Shown here: positions 36,610 to 49,340 of the stretch, piece after piece
Numbering within the stretch: position 1 is the stretch's first letter
How the letters are laid out: each line of letters starts with the position of its first letter
The notes under the pieces: generated by a model
The model's database searches: none
Told to the model about the DNA's origin: nothing
Seen by the model: the letters and a program-made list of their open reading frames with translations, nothing else
DNA from: Takakia lepidozioides
Lineage: Eukaryota; Plantae; Bryophyta
Length of the DNA stretch: 64,000 nucleotides
Assembly: GCA_030704615.1 (NCBI GenBank)
Contig: CM060733.1
Location: 33,294,001-33,358,000, forward strand
Reading direction: 5' to 3'
Program-made: the position numbers and the translations under genes

Positions 36610-38674
36610 ATTCACCTCCCGCATATAGTCGCCGAACTGGAGGAAACGATAATGCCACCATGCTAGCCAACTGACCATTGCTCCCTTGTCTGATTTCCTT
36701 ACCGCACCTGACGATGTCCACCAAGCCCGTATGCATGCAAACTGTGTCTCTGCATCATCCAAGGTAGGAGCGCGCTTCCACGCAAGGCACATGGAACGGT
36801 GCTCCTCTCTGAAATCTGGCGCCACGAGCTTGGTTGTGTACTGCGAAAGGCTCTGCAGAAAATGGAACCCACAAGAACTCTCCTTGCCTTCCATGGGAAC
36901 ATGGGGTCTTGCCCGTACACCCTTCGGATGGCAGCCCAATTTGCTTGTGCGTTGTCCGCCATGAAAACCACCGGAAATTCGGAGGGGGCAATCCGCCTTG
37001 GCCATCTGTAGTTTATTCCCTGCCAAAGAAGCATCTCCGATTGTGTGTCCTCCCTTTCATCTCACAAAAGCAATTGTCATTAGCATCTTGCAGTGGTGGG
37101 TCGTAGACATGTGCACCTATGTCACCCACTGGTGATTTGTAATTCGCTTGATATGGTCGAACATGACCCAACTGTTTGACAAGTTCCTACTCGTCATCCT
37201 GTCGACCAGTTCGACGCCGCCCAGGTCCACGGGACATTTTGAATACGAAACACGATCTACCTCAGTCCCTTGTCGTGGAAACCTACTTCCATGAATGTAG
37301 TCATATCCACATCGTCGCTTCACCTCCAGAATGGAGTGCAATATCCACGCCCAATTTTCTGTTTGCATGAGACAATGTGTTTCGGAATTCGGTGAACATA
37401 CGTGGGACACCGACTCTAGCAATGCCTCCATTTCCTTCTCGTCGAGAGGAACTCTATCGAGCCGTCTTCCGACATAATTCTGGCCAATGTCATCTTATGG
37501 GCGGCTTGGGCTGTATCTGTTTGGGTTTGGCACCCGGTCTCAACTTAACCTCCTCCTGAACGAGCTGCTCTGCTTCGTGGGCAGCCTCCCGCGAGTTCTC
37601 CTCGCCAATTTGTGACAATGGGAACCAACGTGTATGCAAGCTCGGGTGAGGTCAGGGAAACGTGCAACACATAGAACTGCTTGGCATTACAAACAGACAT
37701 GCAGTGTGGTGGTTCTTTGCAATGCGCACACTTAAATGTGGAGTTCGGAACCTTCTCCTGAGCTCGAAATGGTTGATGAGTTGTGCCTGTCCAATCGGTC
37801 TCGTTCCTGTGACCTCTGGATTAAAGTGGAAGCAAGTTGGGGGAGAAACAACCGCAACGCGCCCGCACAACAACGTAGCGCACCCGCACCATCGAGCATC
37901 TTCATGCTGGTGGTTTTGGTAACGCACCAAGGATGACCGTCATGTTTCTATCCATATCTGTCAACATTCCGGACACCCTCGAGTAGTCCGCGAGGAGGGA
38001 ACTCAAAGAAATAGTATGTCGACGTCGGCGGGAAGGCATGTAACCGATTTAATTGCAAATTGCTGTAGTCCGCCCAGCTCCCCGACCGGGTGTCCCTCCA
38101 GGTGAAGCCCTCGCAGAATTTCAAGAATAGATCGAACTGTGGTGCTCGTGCTGGTAAATATGACTCCCTCCTCCACTGAGTCCATTGAGGACTTGCCTGA
38201 TCTCAGGACGACCTCAGAACTTCCATGACCTCGTCTGAGTCGGACAGGTTGTGAACAACCCGGTTCTCGCTCGTCTTCATGGATGGGTTCGGCTCTGGAT
38301 TTACTTCGTGCGGACTTCTCTCTTTGAGGTAGCCACTCTCTGATTCGCGGATTGTTTCGTGGAAGGCGCCAGGATAGAAGGTGCATTTGGGCGGGTAATG
38401 AAGTCCCCAACAGCCCTGTATATGACGCTGTCAATGGTGGAACTCGCCATTCCCCTGCCATCGCGCGAAATCATCGTGGAGCACAACAATACTCTCGACA
38501 ACAAGGCCGTTAGAGTCCTTCCTTTCCTCCTCCAAAAAAAACCGACCCCGGTTTCAGGTGGTATCGAACGCCCAGATATTTCTCCATCACTCGGCAGGTG
38601 TCCCCTCTGCACGGAAATGAAGCTCTATGCTCGTGAGGAGGGCAGTACACTGTAGCGCTCGGGTTTTCCGCCAT
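36610..38674 (-). pseudogene. Subfamily-2 transposase, copy C (many indels, 3' deleted)
   Basis: Co-linear with 14340-16418. Confidence 0.85.
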
Positions 38675-38979
38675 GGGAGATGTGCACACAAGACTCCCAG
38701 GATGGAGTGCGGGGAAGCTCCCTGGTAGAAGGGGGATGCAGCGATGGGAATGATGCGATGCCGATTTGTTCCGAGCGACGAAGCCTGATCCAAATCAGGG
38801 AGCCAACTATCTCAAAAATCCACAGTCAGAGTGTTAATGAACCTTGTCTCCGGAATGCGGCCCCTGGTCTTTGCGCAATAACTGCCAACGGTATGCAGTC
38901 AGAAAGTGGGGGGTCCGTCCGGATGATGATGGCTGAAGGGGAGAAGCCGGCACCGTGCCGTCACATTACTACCCCCGAA

Positions 38980-41900
38980 TGGAAATTCGGCACCCAATAT
39001 CCAACAGGGAAGCCCGGATGAATCGCCTCGGGCGCAGAGGCCGGCGCGTGTCTGACAGAGAATATCCCTGGATGGAGATTCGGCGCCGAATTTCCATCCG
39101 GGCCCCAAAGGAAGTCGTGTCGGGGGGTCAGGCCGAAAACTGGCCGGCATAAAAACATCCCCAGATGGAAAAACGGCGCCGAATTTCCATCCGGGGCGGT
39201 TCGGATGCAGTCGGGGAGGGGGGAGAGGCCGGCACTTGGCCGTCACATTTCAACCCCCGGACGGAAATTCGGCACCGAATATCGAACAGGGGACGCCCGA
39301 TGAAGTCGCCTCGGCGTAGAGGTCGGCACGTGTTCGACAGAGAGCATCCCCTGGATGGAGATTCGGCGCCGAATTTCCATCCGGCCCCCAAGGAAGTCTT
39401 GTCGGGGTGTTAGACCGAAAACTGACCGACATAAAAACCTCCCCAGATGGGAAAACGGCGCCGAATTTCAATCCGGGGCCGTTCCAATGCGCGGAGGGGG
39501 AGCGGCCTGGGATTTTCAACCGCCGGACGGAATTCGGCACCGATATCCAACAGAGCGGCGGAGAGGCCGACACCTCTCCGACAGAGACCACCCCGGATGG
39601 AAATTCGGCGCCGAATTTCCACCAGCAGGCAAGTGCAATCCCGGATGGATGGAAATCCGGCGCCGATTTCATCCAGGTAAGTGAATCCCGGATCGATCGA
39701 AATCCGGCCCGCATATCCATCCTGCAGGTAATCGAATCCGGAGGATGGAAATTCGGCGCCGAATTTCCATCCATCCGGGATTCCACTTACCTGCTGGATG
39801 GAAATCCAGCGCCGAATTTCCATCCATCTGGGATTCGAATTACCTGCAGGATGGAAATTCGGCGCCGATGGGATGCCGGTGCCGGATCTCCATCCATCCG
39901 CTTCCACCAACCAGCGGATGGAAATCCGGTACCGGATTTCCATCCATCCGCTATTCGAATTACCTGCATGACGGAAATTTTGCGCGCCGACCTAGCTGGC
40001 TAATGGAGATCCGGCGCCGGATTTCCATCCATCCGCTCTTCGAATTACCTGCATGACTGGAAAATGGCGCCGAATTTCCGATTTTGGTGCAAGTCAGATC
40101 TGGGACTTAGCCATTTTCGGCCCCGAAATGGAAAAATGGCGCCGAAAAAAAAAAAAAAAAAAAAAACGCCATTTTTCCAGTTTAGGGCCGAAAACGGCTA
40201 AGTCCCAGATCTGACTGGCACCCAAAATCGGAAATTCGGCGCCATTTTTCCAGTCATGTAGGTAATTCGAAGAGCGGATGGATGGAAATCCGGCGCCGGA
40301 TTTTCATCCATCCGCTCTTCGAATTACCTGCATGACGGAAATTTTGCGCGCCGACTTACCTGGCGGATGGAAATCCGGCGCCAGATTTCCATCCATGCGC
40401 TCTTCGAATTACCTGCATGACTGGAAAAATGGCGCCGAATTTCCGATTTTTGTGCCAGTCAGATCTGGGACTTAGCCATTTTCGGCAACGAAGGGAAAAA
40501 TGGCGCCAAAAAAAAAAAAAAAAAAAAAAAACACCATTTTTCCAGTTCGGGGCTGAAAACGGCTAAGTCCCAGATCTGACTGGCACCCAAAATCGGAAAA
40601 TTTCGGCCCATTTTTCCAGTCATGCAGGTAATTCGAAGAGCGGACGATGGAAATGGCGCCGGATTTTCATCCATCCGCTCTTCGAATTACCTGCATGACA
40701 GAAATTTTGCGCGCCGACTTACCTGGCGGATGGAAATCCGGCGCCGGATTTCCATCCATCGCTCTTTCAATTACTGCATGACTGGAAAAATGGCGCCGAA
40801 TTTCCGATTTTGGTGCCAGTCACATCTGGGACTTAGCCATTTTCGGCCCCGAAATGGAAAAATGGCGCCCAAAAAAAAAAAAAAAAAAACGCCATTTTCC
40901 CAGTTCGGGCCGAAAACGGCTAAGTCCCAGATCTGACTGGCACCAAATCGGAAATTCGGCGCCATTTTTCCAGTTCTGGGCCCAGTCAGACCTGGGACTT
41001 AGCCATTTCCGGCCCGAACTGAAAAATGGCGCCGAAAAAAAAAAAAAAAAAAAAACGCCATTTTTCCAGTTCGGGGTCGAAAACGGCTAAGTCCCAGATC
41101 TGGCTGGCACCCAAAATCGGAAATTCGGTGCCATTTTTTCCAGTTCTGGGCCCAGTCAGATCTGGGACTTAGCCATTTAGGCCCCGAACTGGAAAAAATG
41201 GCGCCGAAAAAAAAACAAAAACAAAAAAAAAAAAAAACTCCATTTTTCCAGTTCGGGTCGAAAACGGCTAAGTCCCAGATCTGACTGGCACCCAAAATCG
41301 GAAATTCGGCGCCATTTTTCCAGTTCGGGGCCCAGTCAGATCTGGGACTTAGCCATTTTAGGCCCGAACTGGAAAAATGGCGCCGAAAAAAAAAAAAAAA
41401 AACGGCCATTTTTCCAGTTCGGGGCCGAAAACGGCTAAGTCCCAGATCTGGCTGGCACCAAAATCGGAAATTCGACGCCATTTTTCCAGTTCGGGGCCCA
41501 GTCTGATCTGGGACTTCCCGGTCCACTAGGCCCCGAAATTTGTCTAAGTTCTCCTTCCGAGTTGGGCGAACGGAAGCAAGCTGGAAATTGGACTTCTTGC
41601 TGAGGGACCAAAACTTGAACCAATTTTGCCGTTCCGTGCTCTCATCAGATCTGGGACTTAGCCATTTTCGGCCCCGAACTGGAAAAAAATGGCGCCATTT
41701 TTCCAGTTCGGGGCCGAAAATGGCTAAGTCCCTAGGTTGTGGCTGGCACAAATCAGAAATCGGGCCATTTTTCCAGTCTCCGGGCCCAGTCAGATCTGGG
41801 ACTTAGCCATTTTAGGCCCCGAACTGGTAAAATGGCAAACCGAAAAAAAAAAAAAAAAAAAAAAAAAAACGCCATTTTCTAGTTCGGTTGGCGGGCCTAA

Positions 41901-42010
41901 AATGGCTAAGTCCCAGATCTGACTGGCCCAAATCGGAAATTCTTCGGCGCCATTTTTTTTTTCCAGTTCCGGGCGCGCCTAGTTAGATCTGGACTTAGCC
42001 ATTTTCGGCA
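38980..42010. repeat. Subfamily-2 palindrome array grading into poly(A)-containing inverted-repeat units
   Basis: ggaaattcggcgccgaatttcc copies, then units cagatctgggacttagcc...aaaatggcgccg(A)n cgccattttt...ggctaagtcccagatctg. Confidence 0.9.
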
Positions 42011-42226
42011 AGTAAATGCATATAAAAATGTTGCTATTTCAAGTCCACGGTGCCACATTCCAACTTCACATGACCCCTATTTCCGTGCCTCCTAAACCCT
42101 ATTTCCGTGGGACTTACAATGGTCTGCTCATGCTTTTTTTTTTTTTCCCGCTCATGCTCATGCCGCTCATGAAATAGCAGCCCCCCCGCATTCCATTGTC
42201 CAATAAGAAATTTCGATGACGTACAT

Positions 42227-42750
42227 GGAAATGCGGCGCCTCATTTCCAAAAGGACATCGTTGTTTGCCCAATTTCCAGACCCTTTGACGGAAATGCGGC
42301 ATTCCATCGTCCTATAAAAACTTACATTGTCCTATAAAAACTTTCAATGCCCACAGGGAAATGCGGCGCCGCATTTCCAAAACAGACATCGTTGTTTTGT
42401 CCAATTCCAGACCCGTGTGGGCATTCCGTCTTGATGGACGGAAATGCGGCACCGCATTCCAGATCCATTGTCCGATTCGATATTTTGATGACAGACAGGA
42501 AATTTGGTGCCGCATTTCCAGAACTTCCATCGTTGTTTGTCCAATTCCAGACCCTTCGACGGAAATGCGGCATCGCATTCCATTGTGCTCTCCGGAAATG
42601 TTGTGCCGCATTTCATTGTCCGGTACGAAATTTCGATGACGGACATGGAAATGCGGTGCCGCATTTCAAGTATGGACATGGACAGCATTAGCGACTGGAC
42701 ATGCTTGGATTTCAAGGTCGAATATGGAAATGCGGCGCCGCATTTCAAAT
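42227..42750. repeat. Subfamily-3 palindrome array, right part
   Basis: About nine ggaaatgcggcgccgcatttcc-type copies. Confidence 0.88.
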
Positions 42751-43168
42751 TCGAAGTATGGTAATGCCATGTCAGGAAATGAAATGTTGTACAACATTTC
42801 CGTACGACGACAACGGAGGAAAGGGAGCTGCCAGAAATCGCTGCATGGAGAAAATTGAATGCGGGTTGCCCAATTTTCGAGCGAGCTTCGGCGTGTACAT
42901 GTTTCCCCGATTTCCTACTCAACATGTGTTCCTACACTCAATGGATTTTCTTCACCTCAGGACTCTGATATCGCTGACTCTGGTATATTCATATGGACAG
43001 ACACATTGTAGAAATGAGACCTCAAATTGTAAACAGTGGGCCAATTATGGCAGTTCTTGACACGATGAAAGACAAGCACACAGAAGTGAGGTACGATGGG
43101 TTGTTTTATTGATCGAACACGGTGTCTCACATTTAGCAAATCCAGACAAATCTAAGCCCTTCCTCCTT

Positions 43169-44020
43169 TTACATGGGTGTCACCAAGTCGAGCGGAACTT
43201 CGATAGCCCTCAAAACAAGCTCATTACTGATGCGGCACCTCGAGGTAACTGGCAATGCGGTCGATCTGGTGCCCTTGGTGAAGCTGACGACAATGTCATG
43301 CCCATCAATCATACCCACCATCATACATTGACAGGTCACTGTGGGCCTCCTGTGCCCGTGCGATTCGTCTTCGCAACTCAGCCGAATGTCTCCATACACT
43401 GGAAAAGCGGAGTGAACTCCACGAATATAGTTTTCCCCGGTGCCGTCCTCCCTGGTCCACTGGCAGCAGTTCCAGAGCCAGCGCCAATTTGAGGCCTTGT
43501 GCGTGATCTGTCCTGCATCCCATTCCACCTTGGTACTATCGAGGTCAACAATTTTCAGGACCCACGGACCGCATTGACCCTCGCCCTCACCTCGCTCAAA
43601 GCGGTATAGCCCTCCAGATACTCCATTGCACGCAAAGACTCCCGCCCTTGATTCCAGATGCGTCTGTGAAAACTGAAAGCCAGACAATGATGTCTCCTGA
43701 TTCTGGTTTGAACATAGCATAATCGTGGCCATGATAAGGGCAGTCAGCAGGATTTCGGCGGCACGGCATCCCTGAAAAAGAGTAGCGCAGTACGCTCAAT
43801 GACAACAGCTCCCGGATGGAGGAGGCAGCAGCGCGGTGGCTGGAAGAAATTCAAGCAAACGCTGCAATTCCTCACAAACACTCCAGGGCACATTTAAATT
43901 TCCCCCCGACAGGACCTGCACGGATGAGATTGGCTCATCCATGAATGTAGCCGTTTCAGTTTCCTTCCCTGCCATGCAAACTATGGGCAGTAATGCCAGG
44001 TGGGCCTATAGCCACTCGAG
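43169..44020 (-). pseudogene. Unknown-family gene fragment (paralog 1)
   Basis: MPCRRNPADCPYHGHDYAMFKPESGDIIVW and WNCCQWTREDGTGENY..GVHSAFPVYGDIR; homologous to 44110-44573 and 46230-46571. Confidence 0.55.
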
Positions 44021-44109
44021 ATGACGAAGTCCATCCCCCCTTCGATGTAAATGCGGCGCCGAATTTCCATCCGGGGGATGGACTTCGGTGGCAGATTTCA
44101 AACTATACC

Positions 44110-44573
44110 CCGTGGATGAGAAAGAGGTATCGGTTCATCCACCGCTGGCGTGTTGAACACGTTACACGATGATTGGTGGGTACTTGTGACCCAGATGGTC
44201 CATTATTGGAGCCCGCACTGCTCTTCCGCTTCTCATCATTTCGAAAATCTAAGGGCTTCGTTGCTGTCCGCAAGGTCATTGTCATCGGCATCAAAGACGT
44301 CCTCAGGTCCTCCTTTGCAAGGATGTCGTGCTTCCGAAACCGGGACGACTGCCCTTATGGAGGCATTGATTATGCAATGTATTCGGCCACATCGGGAGAC
44401 ATCGTTATCTGGTACACAGATTACACAGAAGATACTGGTTCGAATGTGGAAACATTGTCCGCTTTTGAGTATCTCCCAGGCCAGTACGCCTTCGAGCGGG
44501 GTGACGATCTTGGTCTGAGGAGTCAGTGGCTCCTGCGCATCATTGATTCCGATTTTCCCAGCTACGACGGTAC
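44110..44573 (+). pseudogene. Unknown-family gene fragment (paralog 2), cut by an LTR
   Basis: RSSFARMSCFRNRDDCPYGGIDYAMYSATSGDIVIW...FERG...QWLLRIID. Start approximate. Confidence 0.55.
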
Positions 44574-45817
44574 TGTGACAGGCTGTGTAAAGCTGTGTCG
44601 GGCTGTGACTGGCTGTGTCTGGCTGTGATAGACTGTGACGGGCTGTGTAAAGCTGTGTCGGACTGTGACTGGCTGTTGGCTGTGTCTGGCTGTGATAGAC
44701 TGTGACGAGCTGTCTAACCCCCCTAAATCCTGCGCCTGCCACCCCTAAGGCTCCTGTTGGTCTCAGTCTGCGCAAAAATTAAGGGTACCCCACAGAACCC
44801 GTAAAAGCGTCTAAGTCCCAAGCAGCCCTCTAACATTACCCCTCCCCCTCTCAAAAAGTCGTGTCCTCACGGTTTACTGTTTAGGATCAGCAAACCTTTG
44901 TGAGCGAGCACCCTTCTGTCGGTGAGAGTCTCGTGAAGGACTCCGTGTGCGAGCCCGAGTCCTGTCACTGGCTGATGGAGATGATTGAGCACTACCTGGA
45001 AATGTCTGACCCTCCTTTGGCTGATAACGAGGTAACCTCTCAGGCATAGGAGATCCCCGTCGTTTCTTCTCTGCCATCTTAAGTGCATAGTCCTCTGCCA
45101 TGTCAAAAGAGTCCTCTAAAGAAACAGTAGTATCAGAATCCTCGTCCCCCCTTAGGTGTTTTAACGGCCGAACTTTAAGTGGCTTCTCGGGAATCCTGCG
45201 TGGCATACAATGCCCACCATGTCTAGAAGTTTAAACTGTATGACTTGATGTAAGCGCTTGCAAGCAAAATTAGTGAACGCCCTGAACTCCTTAGCCGTAT
45301 AGGTGATAGGTGTGCCAATGACTTTGGAACAGTGTAAGTATTTCCAGGCTTCATGTCTCTTAAAGAAAATATCCTCAGGGCCAAATTTCTATGTTGCCAA
45401 ATTGTTCCAAGCCGAATTAAACCATGAACAAAGTTGGGAATCCTTCTGCATCATAACTTTTGCATCATATAGGTACATATGAGGTGGCACTGAAGGTAAG
45501 ACCCAATGATCCCCACTGGAATAACTCAAAAATCGTGATTGCATCTTCTGCTGCTCAATGTGATAACGTGCCATAAAACAAGCAGCATAGTATAATCCAC
45601 AGCCCATGACAATACTAGATACCTCCTTGGTCTTGGCATAATCATAGCCCGACTGTACTCCCGTGCAGCAGGAGTCCTAGGTGGGTTAAAAACAGCATCC
45701 CCCCATACCTCAGGCTGTGGTTTGGCTGTAGTAGCAACAGGGTCAGCTACCTGCACAAGCACCTGTTGTGGTATTGGTACCATTGGCCATTCTACCACTG
45801 GCATCTCCTGCACCCCC
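44574..45817 (-). mobile_element. 3' end of an LTR retrotransposon (LTR 44574-44835, PPT, internal fragment)
   Basis: LTR tgtgaca...ctaaca with a ggctgtg microsatellite; minus-strand PPT gagagggggaggggtaa adjacent. Homologous copy at 63567-64000. Confidence 0.7.
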
Positions 45818-45960
45818 GGGGGCTGCTATTTCATGAGCCATGAGCCATGAGCCATGAGCAGAGTCGTAAGTGTCGAAAAAAACATGAGCAGGACTATTTT
45901 CCGGAAATGAGTGTCCGCGGAAATAGGGTTTAGGGTGTCACGGTCATAGGGGGAGAAGGA
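45818..45960 (+). mobile_element. MULE terminus related to subfamily 2
   Basis: gggggctgctatttcatgagc(catgagc)n...ggaaatagggtttagg, matching the reverse complement of 42090-42185. Confidence 0.8.
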
Positions 45961-46229
45961 CCTCCCGATGTAGGAGGTTCGGCAATGTTTTTTAGAATTA
46001 CATATTGAAAGACAATGTTTCGCGAATGGTAGGGTGGTACTGCTCTGTACAATGGGGGCCCATTTCAGCCTACCAGCCACTTGCAAAATCCACCCACACT
46101 CCCAATCCCAAACGAAATGAGGAATGACGCATTTTGGGAACGATGGATACAAAATAGAACAAAAAGAGGGCACAATGGGGTTTTTATTGATCCACTTGAA
46201 TTGCATTTGAAGCACGTCTACTGTGCTGA

Positions 46230-46571
46230 TTGTGCAAACAAATCTTTAGCCCTGTGCCTTCTGAATACAAGTCACGTTGTCAATGGGACTTCGACTGCTT
46301 TGAGAACTAGCTCATGAGTCTTCGGGCTCCTCCAGGTAAACTGGATTGCAGCCGTTGTACCGCCCCTGTTGATGTTCACCACAATGTCCTACCCTTCAAT
46401 CATACCACCATCGAATATAGAAAGCTTCACGTTTTCGCCGTCCACACCAATGCGAATATCCCCATACAATGGAGAAGATGAGCGCACTCCTTCAGGAGTA
46501 TAAGTCTCTCCGATGGAGTCCACCCACGTCCACTGGCAGCAGTTCCACCGCAACAGCATAGCAGTGCGCAT
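46230..46571 (-). pseudogene. Unknown-family gene fragment (paralog 3)
   Basis: WNCCQWTWVDSIGETYTPEGVRSSSPLYGDIR...DGGMIEG. Confidence 0.55.
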
Positions 46572-46589
46572 TCTTCTGCATGGGGGGAA

Positions 46590-47203
46590 CAGTTATCATT
46601 GACAGGGAATGACTGTGTGGGAACGACATCTGCAGAGGGAACATGTTACTTCAGGGGTGACGGTTAGTTAGTTAGGTGGTTAGAACAACTTGCGGGTAGA
46701 TTAGGGAGAGCGGCAACAGGAAGGGGATCACTTCTTGAGGAGGGCGACTGGTTCAGGAAAGGAGGAGACGTAACGGAGAGCGGAAACAGTGAAGAGGAGT
46801 TGATGACTTGATTGAGGCTTAATTCATGCAAGCTGTAAAATTATACAGTAGGGTAGATAGGGACACCATAGCATAGGCATGATACATGATTAATCTTAAT
46901 CCGATACTGAATCGATACAAACATACTGTGTAGAGAGACACGAGAGAAGCTGTGAAATGAATGCATGATTAATTGGAACTTAGTAGATACTGAAGCAATC
47001 TGATGCTTCAGTATACTTGGTAAGGTAAATTGATAACATGAAGGCAAGAAGGAATACAAATAGGAAGCACAACCATGATTCACTAGCTGCAAGTCATGAC
47101 TGATTGTTCTGAGCGGGCTGAGTGCTTAGAGATATCCAACTCTTCTATCTTGGAGTTTCCACCTCGGATAGCATAGGGATGGGTGAGTAAAAGCCGCTCG
47201 ATA
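46590..47203 (-). repeat. LTR-like dispersed repeat (inverted homolog of 62936-63545)
   Basis: Shares gtcatgactgattgttctg.gcgggctgagt.cttagagat..ccaactcttc.atcttggagtttcc.cctcg.atagc..agggatgggtgagtaaaagccgc with the reverse complement of 62936-63050. Confidence 0.7.
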
Positions 47204-47439
47204 GGTCTCTTGACATATCCCTACACCCTCCACTCCCTTGCTCTGACTGAGTGCTCCATCTATTACAACCTCATCGCTGTCAGGGAACGCCAAATGCATT
47301 GAATTCTTTGGAGAACCTCCTTGATTATCGCCTTCCTCTGCAACATCCTCTCTCTTCAATTCATGCTTCTCTTCACCATACAACCCTTCAGAAATACCAT
47401 CTTTGTTAGGACTAGTTGGTAAGGTGGTCAATCGTACCA

Positions 47440-48430
47440 GGGCACACTCTGTTTTTTAGCACAACTCGTCTTCAACATCCATGGGAGATGTCACAACACG
47501 ACCTACCCAATTGAAGGTGGACACTTCAGTTCGGACCTGACAGCAAAGAAAATATTACTAGCAGGCTACTGGTGGCCTACTATATTTGGAGATACTTATG
47601 AACACTGTCAACAGTGTGATGTCTGCCAGAGGATGGGACCAGTAGAACGAACGGGGAAGGGGACTCTGCACCCAATACTACCAACAGAACCATTTCAGCG
47701 CTGGGGGCTAGACTTCGTGGGACCCATTAAAATAAATACATCCTCACGGCCACTGACTACACTACCAAATGGGTAGAGGCCAAGGCACTAAGAGATAACA
47801 CTGCCAGATCAACAGCCAAATTCTTATATGAAAACATCATCACACGATTTGGATGCCCACTGGAATTCGTCAGTGATCAGGGATCACACTTCATAAATGA
47901 TGCTATAAAATGCTTGACGGAGGAGTTCATGATTGTACATCACAAGAGTACTGCTTACTATCGTCAAGGAAACGGTCAGGCCGAATCTACCAACAAAATA
48001 TTATGCACTATCTTAACCAAGATAGTAAATGCCAATCGTACAGATTGGGACACCAAATTGACTACGAACCGGAACTCATGAACGATGGGGCTTAGAAGAA
48101 TCATTATGAGTCAGGGAATATGAATTATTCCATCTGGAAGAAGTTTGAGCAGATGCCGCAGATAATATGGCACGGATCCAGGAACAACGAAGGAAAAGAA
48201 TATCCGAAGGGAAAGAGAAATCTTTCCAGGACATGGATATTGTATTTATGGTTACCAAAAATCAAGAAGATCAAACTGGGCGGAAAATTGAAAATGCCAT
48301 GGATGGGACCATTTCAAATCAAAAGGGTACATGACAATGGAACTGTTGATTTGCAAACCTTGGAACAAGAATTCGTGGGACGAATTAATATTAACAAGTT
48401 AAAAGGCTACCAGGGAATACATGACAAAAC
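47440..48430 (+). pseudogene. Ty3/gypsy integrase (degraded)
   Basis: GGHF...AGYWWPTIF...[27 protein letters not shown] and GPY/F motif WMGPFQI. Confidence 0.9.
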
Positions 48431-49340
48431 CCTTATACATGATTTATACGCCAACGAGAAAGATCAAACTGAAGAGGAGGAGCGCGAAACCACCAATGCC
48501 TACTACATTTATCACGACACGGTGAATCAGCATGTACTAAGACAAGTGGCAACACGAATTCAGGGCACCACGACGGCTAGACCACCATTTATCTGGAGGA
48601 CAACATGACCACCCCGTATACCGTATGGTGAACCGTGGCCAGCACATATGCCCTACAGAACAGTGAACGAATACGAAACGGCCAACGAGTCACTGCTTGT
48701 GTTAAATTCCGAGATGTACGCTTCAGATCACCCCACCGACAGTGGTAATTATACACCACTACCCTTCGATCATAACACAGAGGCGGAACGACGGCGCAAT
48801 CCAACGGATTGCCAAAAGACGGCGGACGATAAGGGCAAAGCCATTAAACCAAGCTGCAAGTACTGCGCCAACGCCGCCCATCTAAAAACGGACCACATAC
48901 CAAAGTGGATGAACACAGCTCAGAGGGATGAACATAAACTGACCGAAACTGGACAATCATCAACGACCATCAGTTTTAAACAAAACAAATCACGAAGAAA
49001 AAACCAACAGAAGAAAATCAAGCACAAAAGGGATGAAGTTTTCTCAAAACCGTTACCTGAGGCTAAATGCTTCTTGGTAAGCCTGGGCCCAGCAATTAAA
49101 GCTAACCACGCTTTAAACCTAGGCAAACAGCAGGACAAAATTACCTCCACGAGAACCTCGAGAGAAGTTAGAGGAGAAACCTACAGAGAGGAACCCCTAC
49201 TTAAACCCAGGAGCGAACTCCTCACCTTCTCTTCCGCAAACTGGAAATTGCCGTATACACAACTTCCAGTGTGCTTCATACTTCTTGTGATACAGGAATT
49301 GGTGCTCCAATTCCTTACAGCAACCGCGAGACTAAGAGAA

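Larger units (their letters stand above)
36180..42185 (-). mobile_element. Internally deleted subfamily-2 MULE (copy C, ~6.0 kb) with both ends and TSD
   Basis: Ends gaggtttgctatttcatgagc and gctcatgaaatagcagccccc; 8-bp TSD ccgcattc at 36172-36179 and 42186-42193. It lacks the cargo gene and the SWIM region. Confidence 0.88.
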
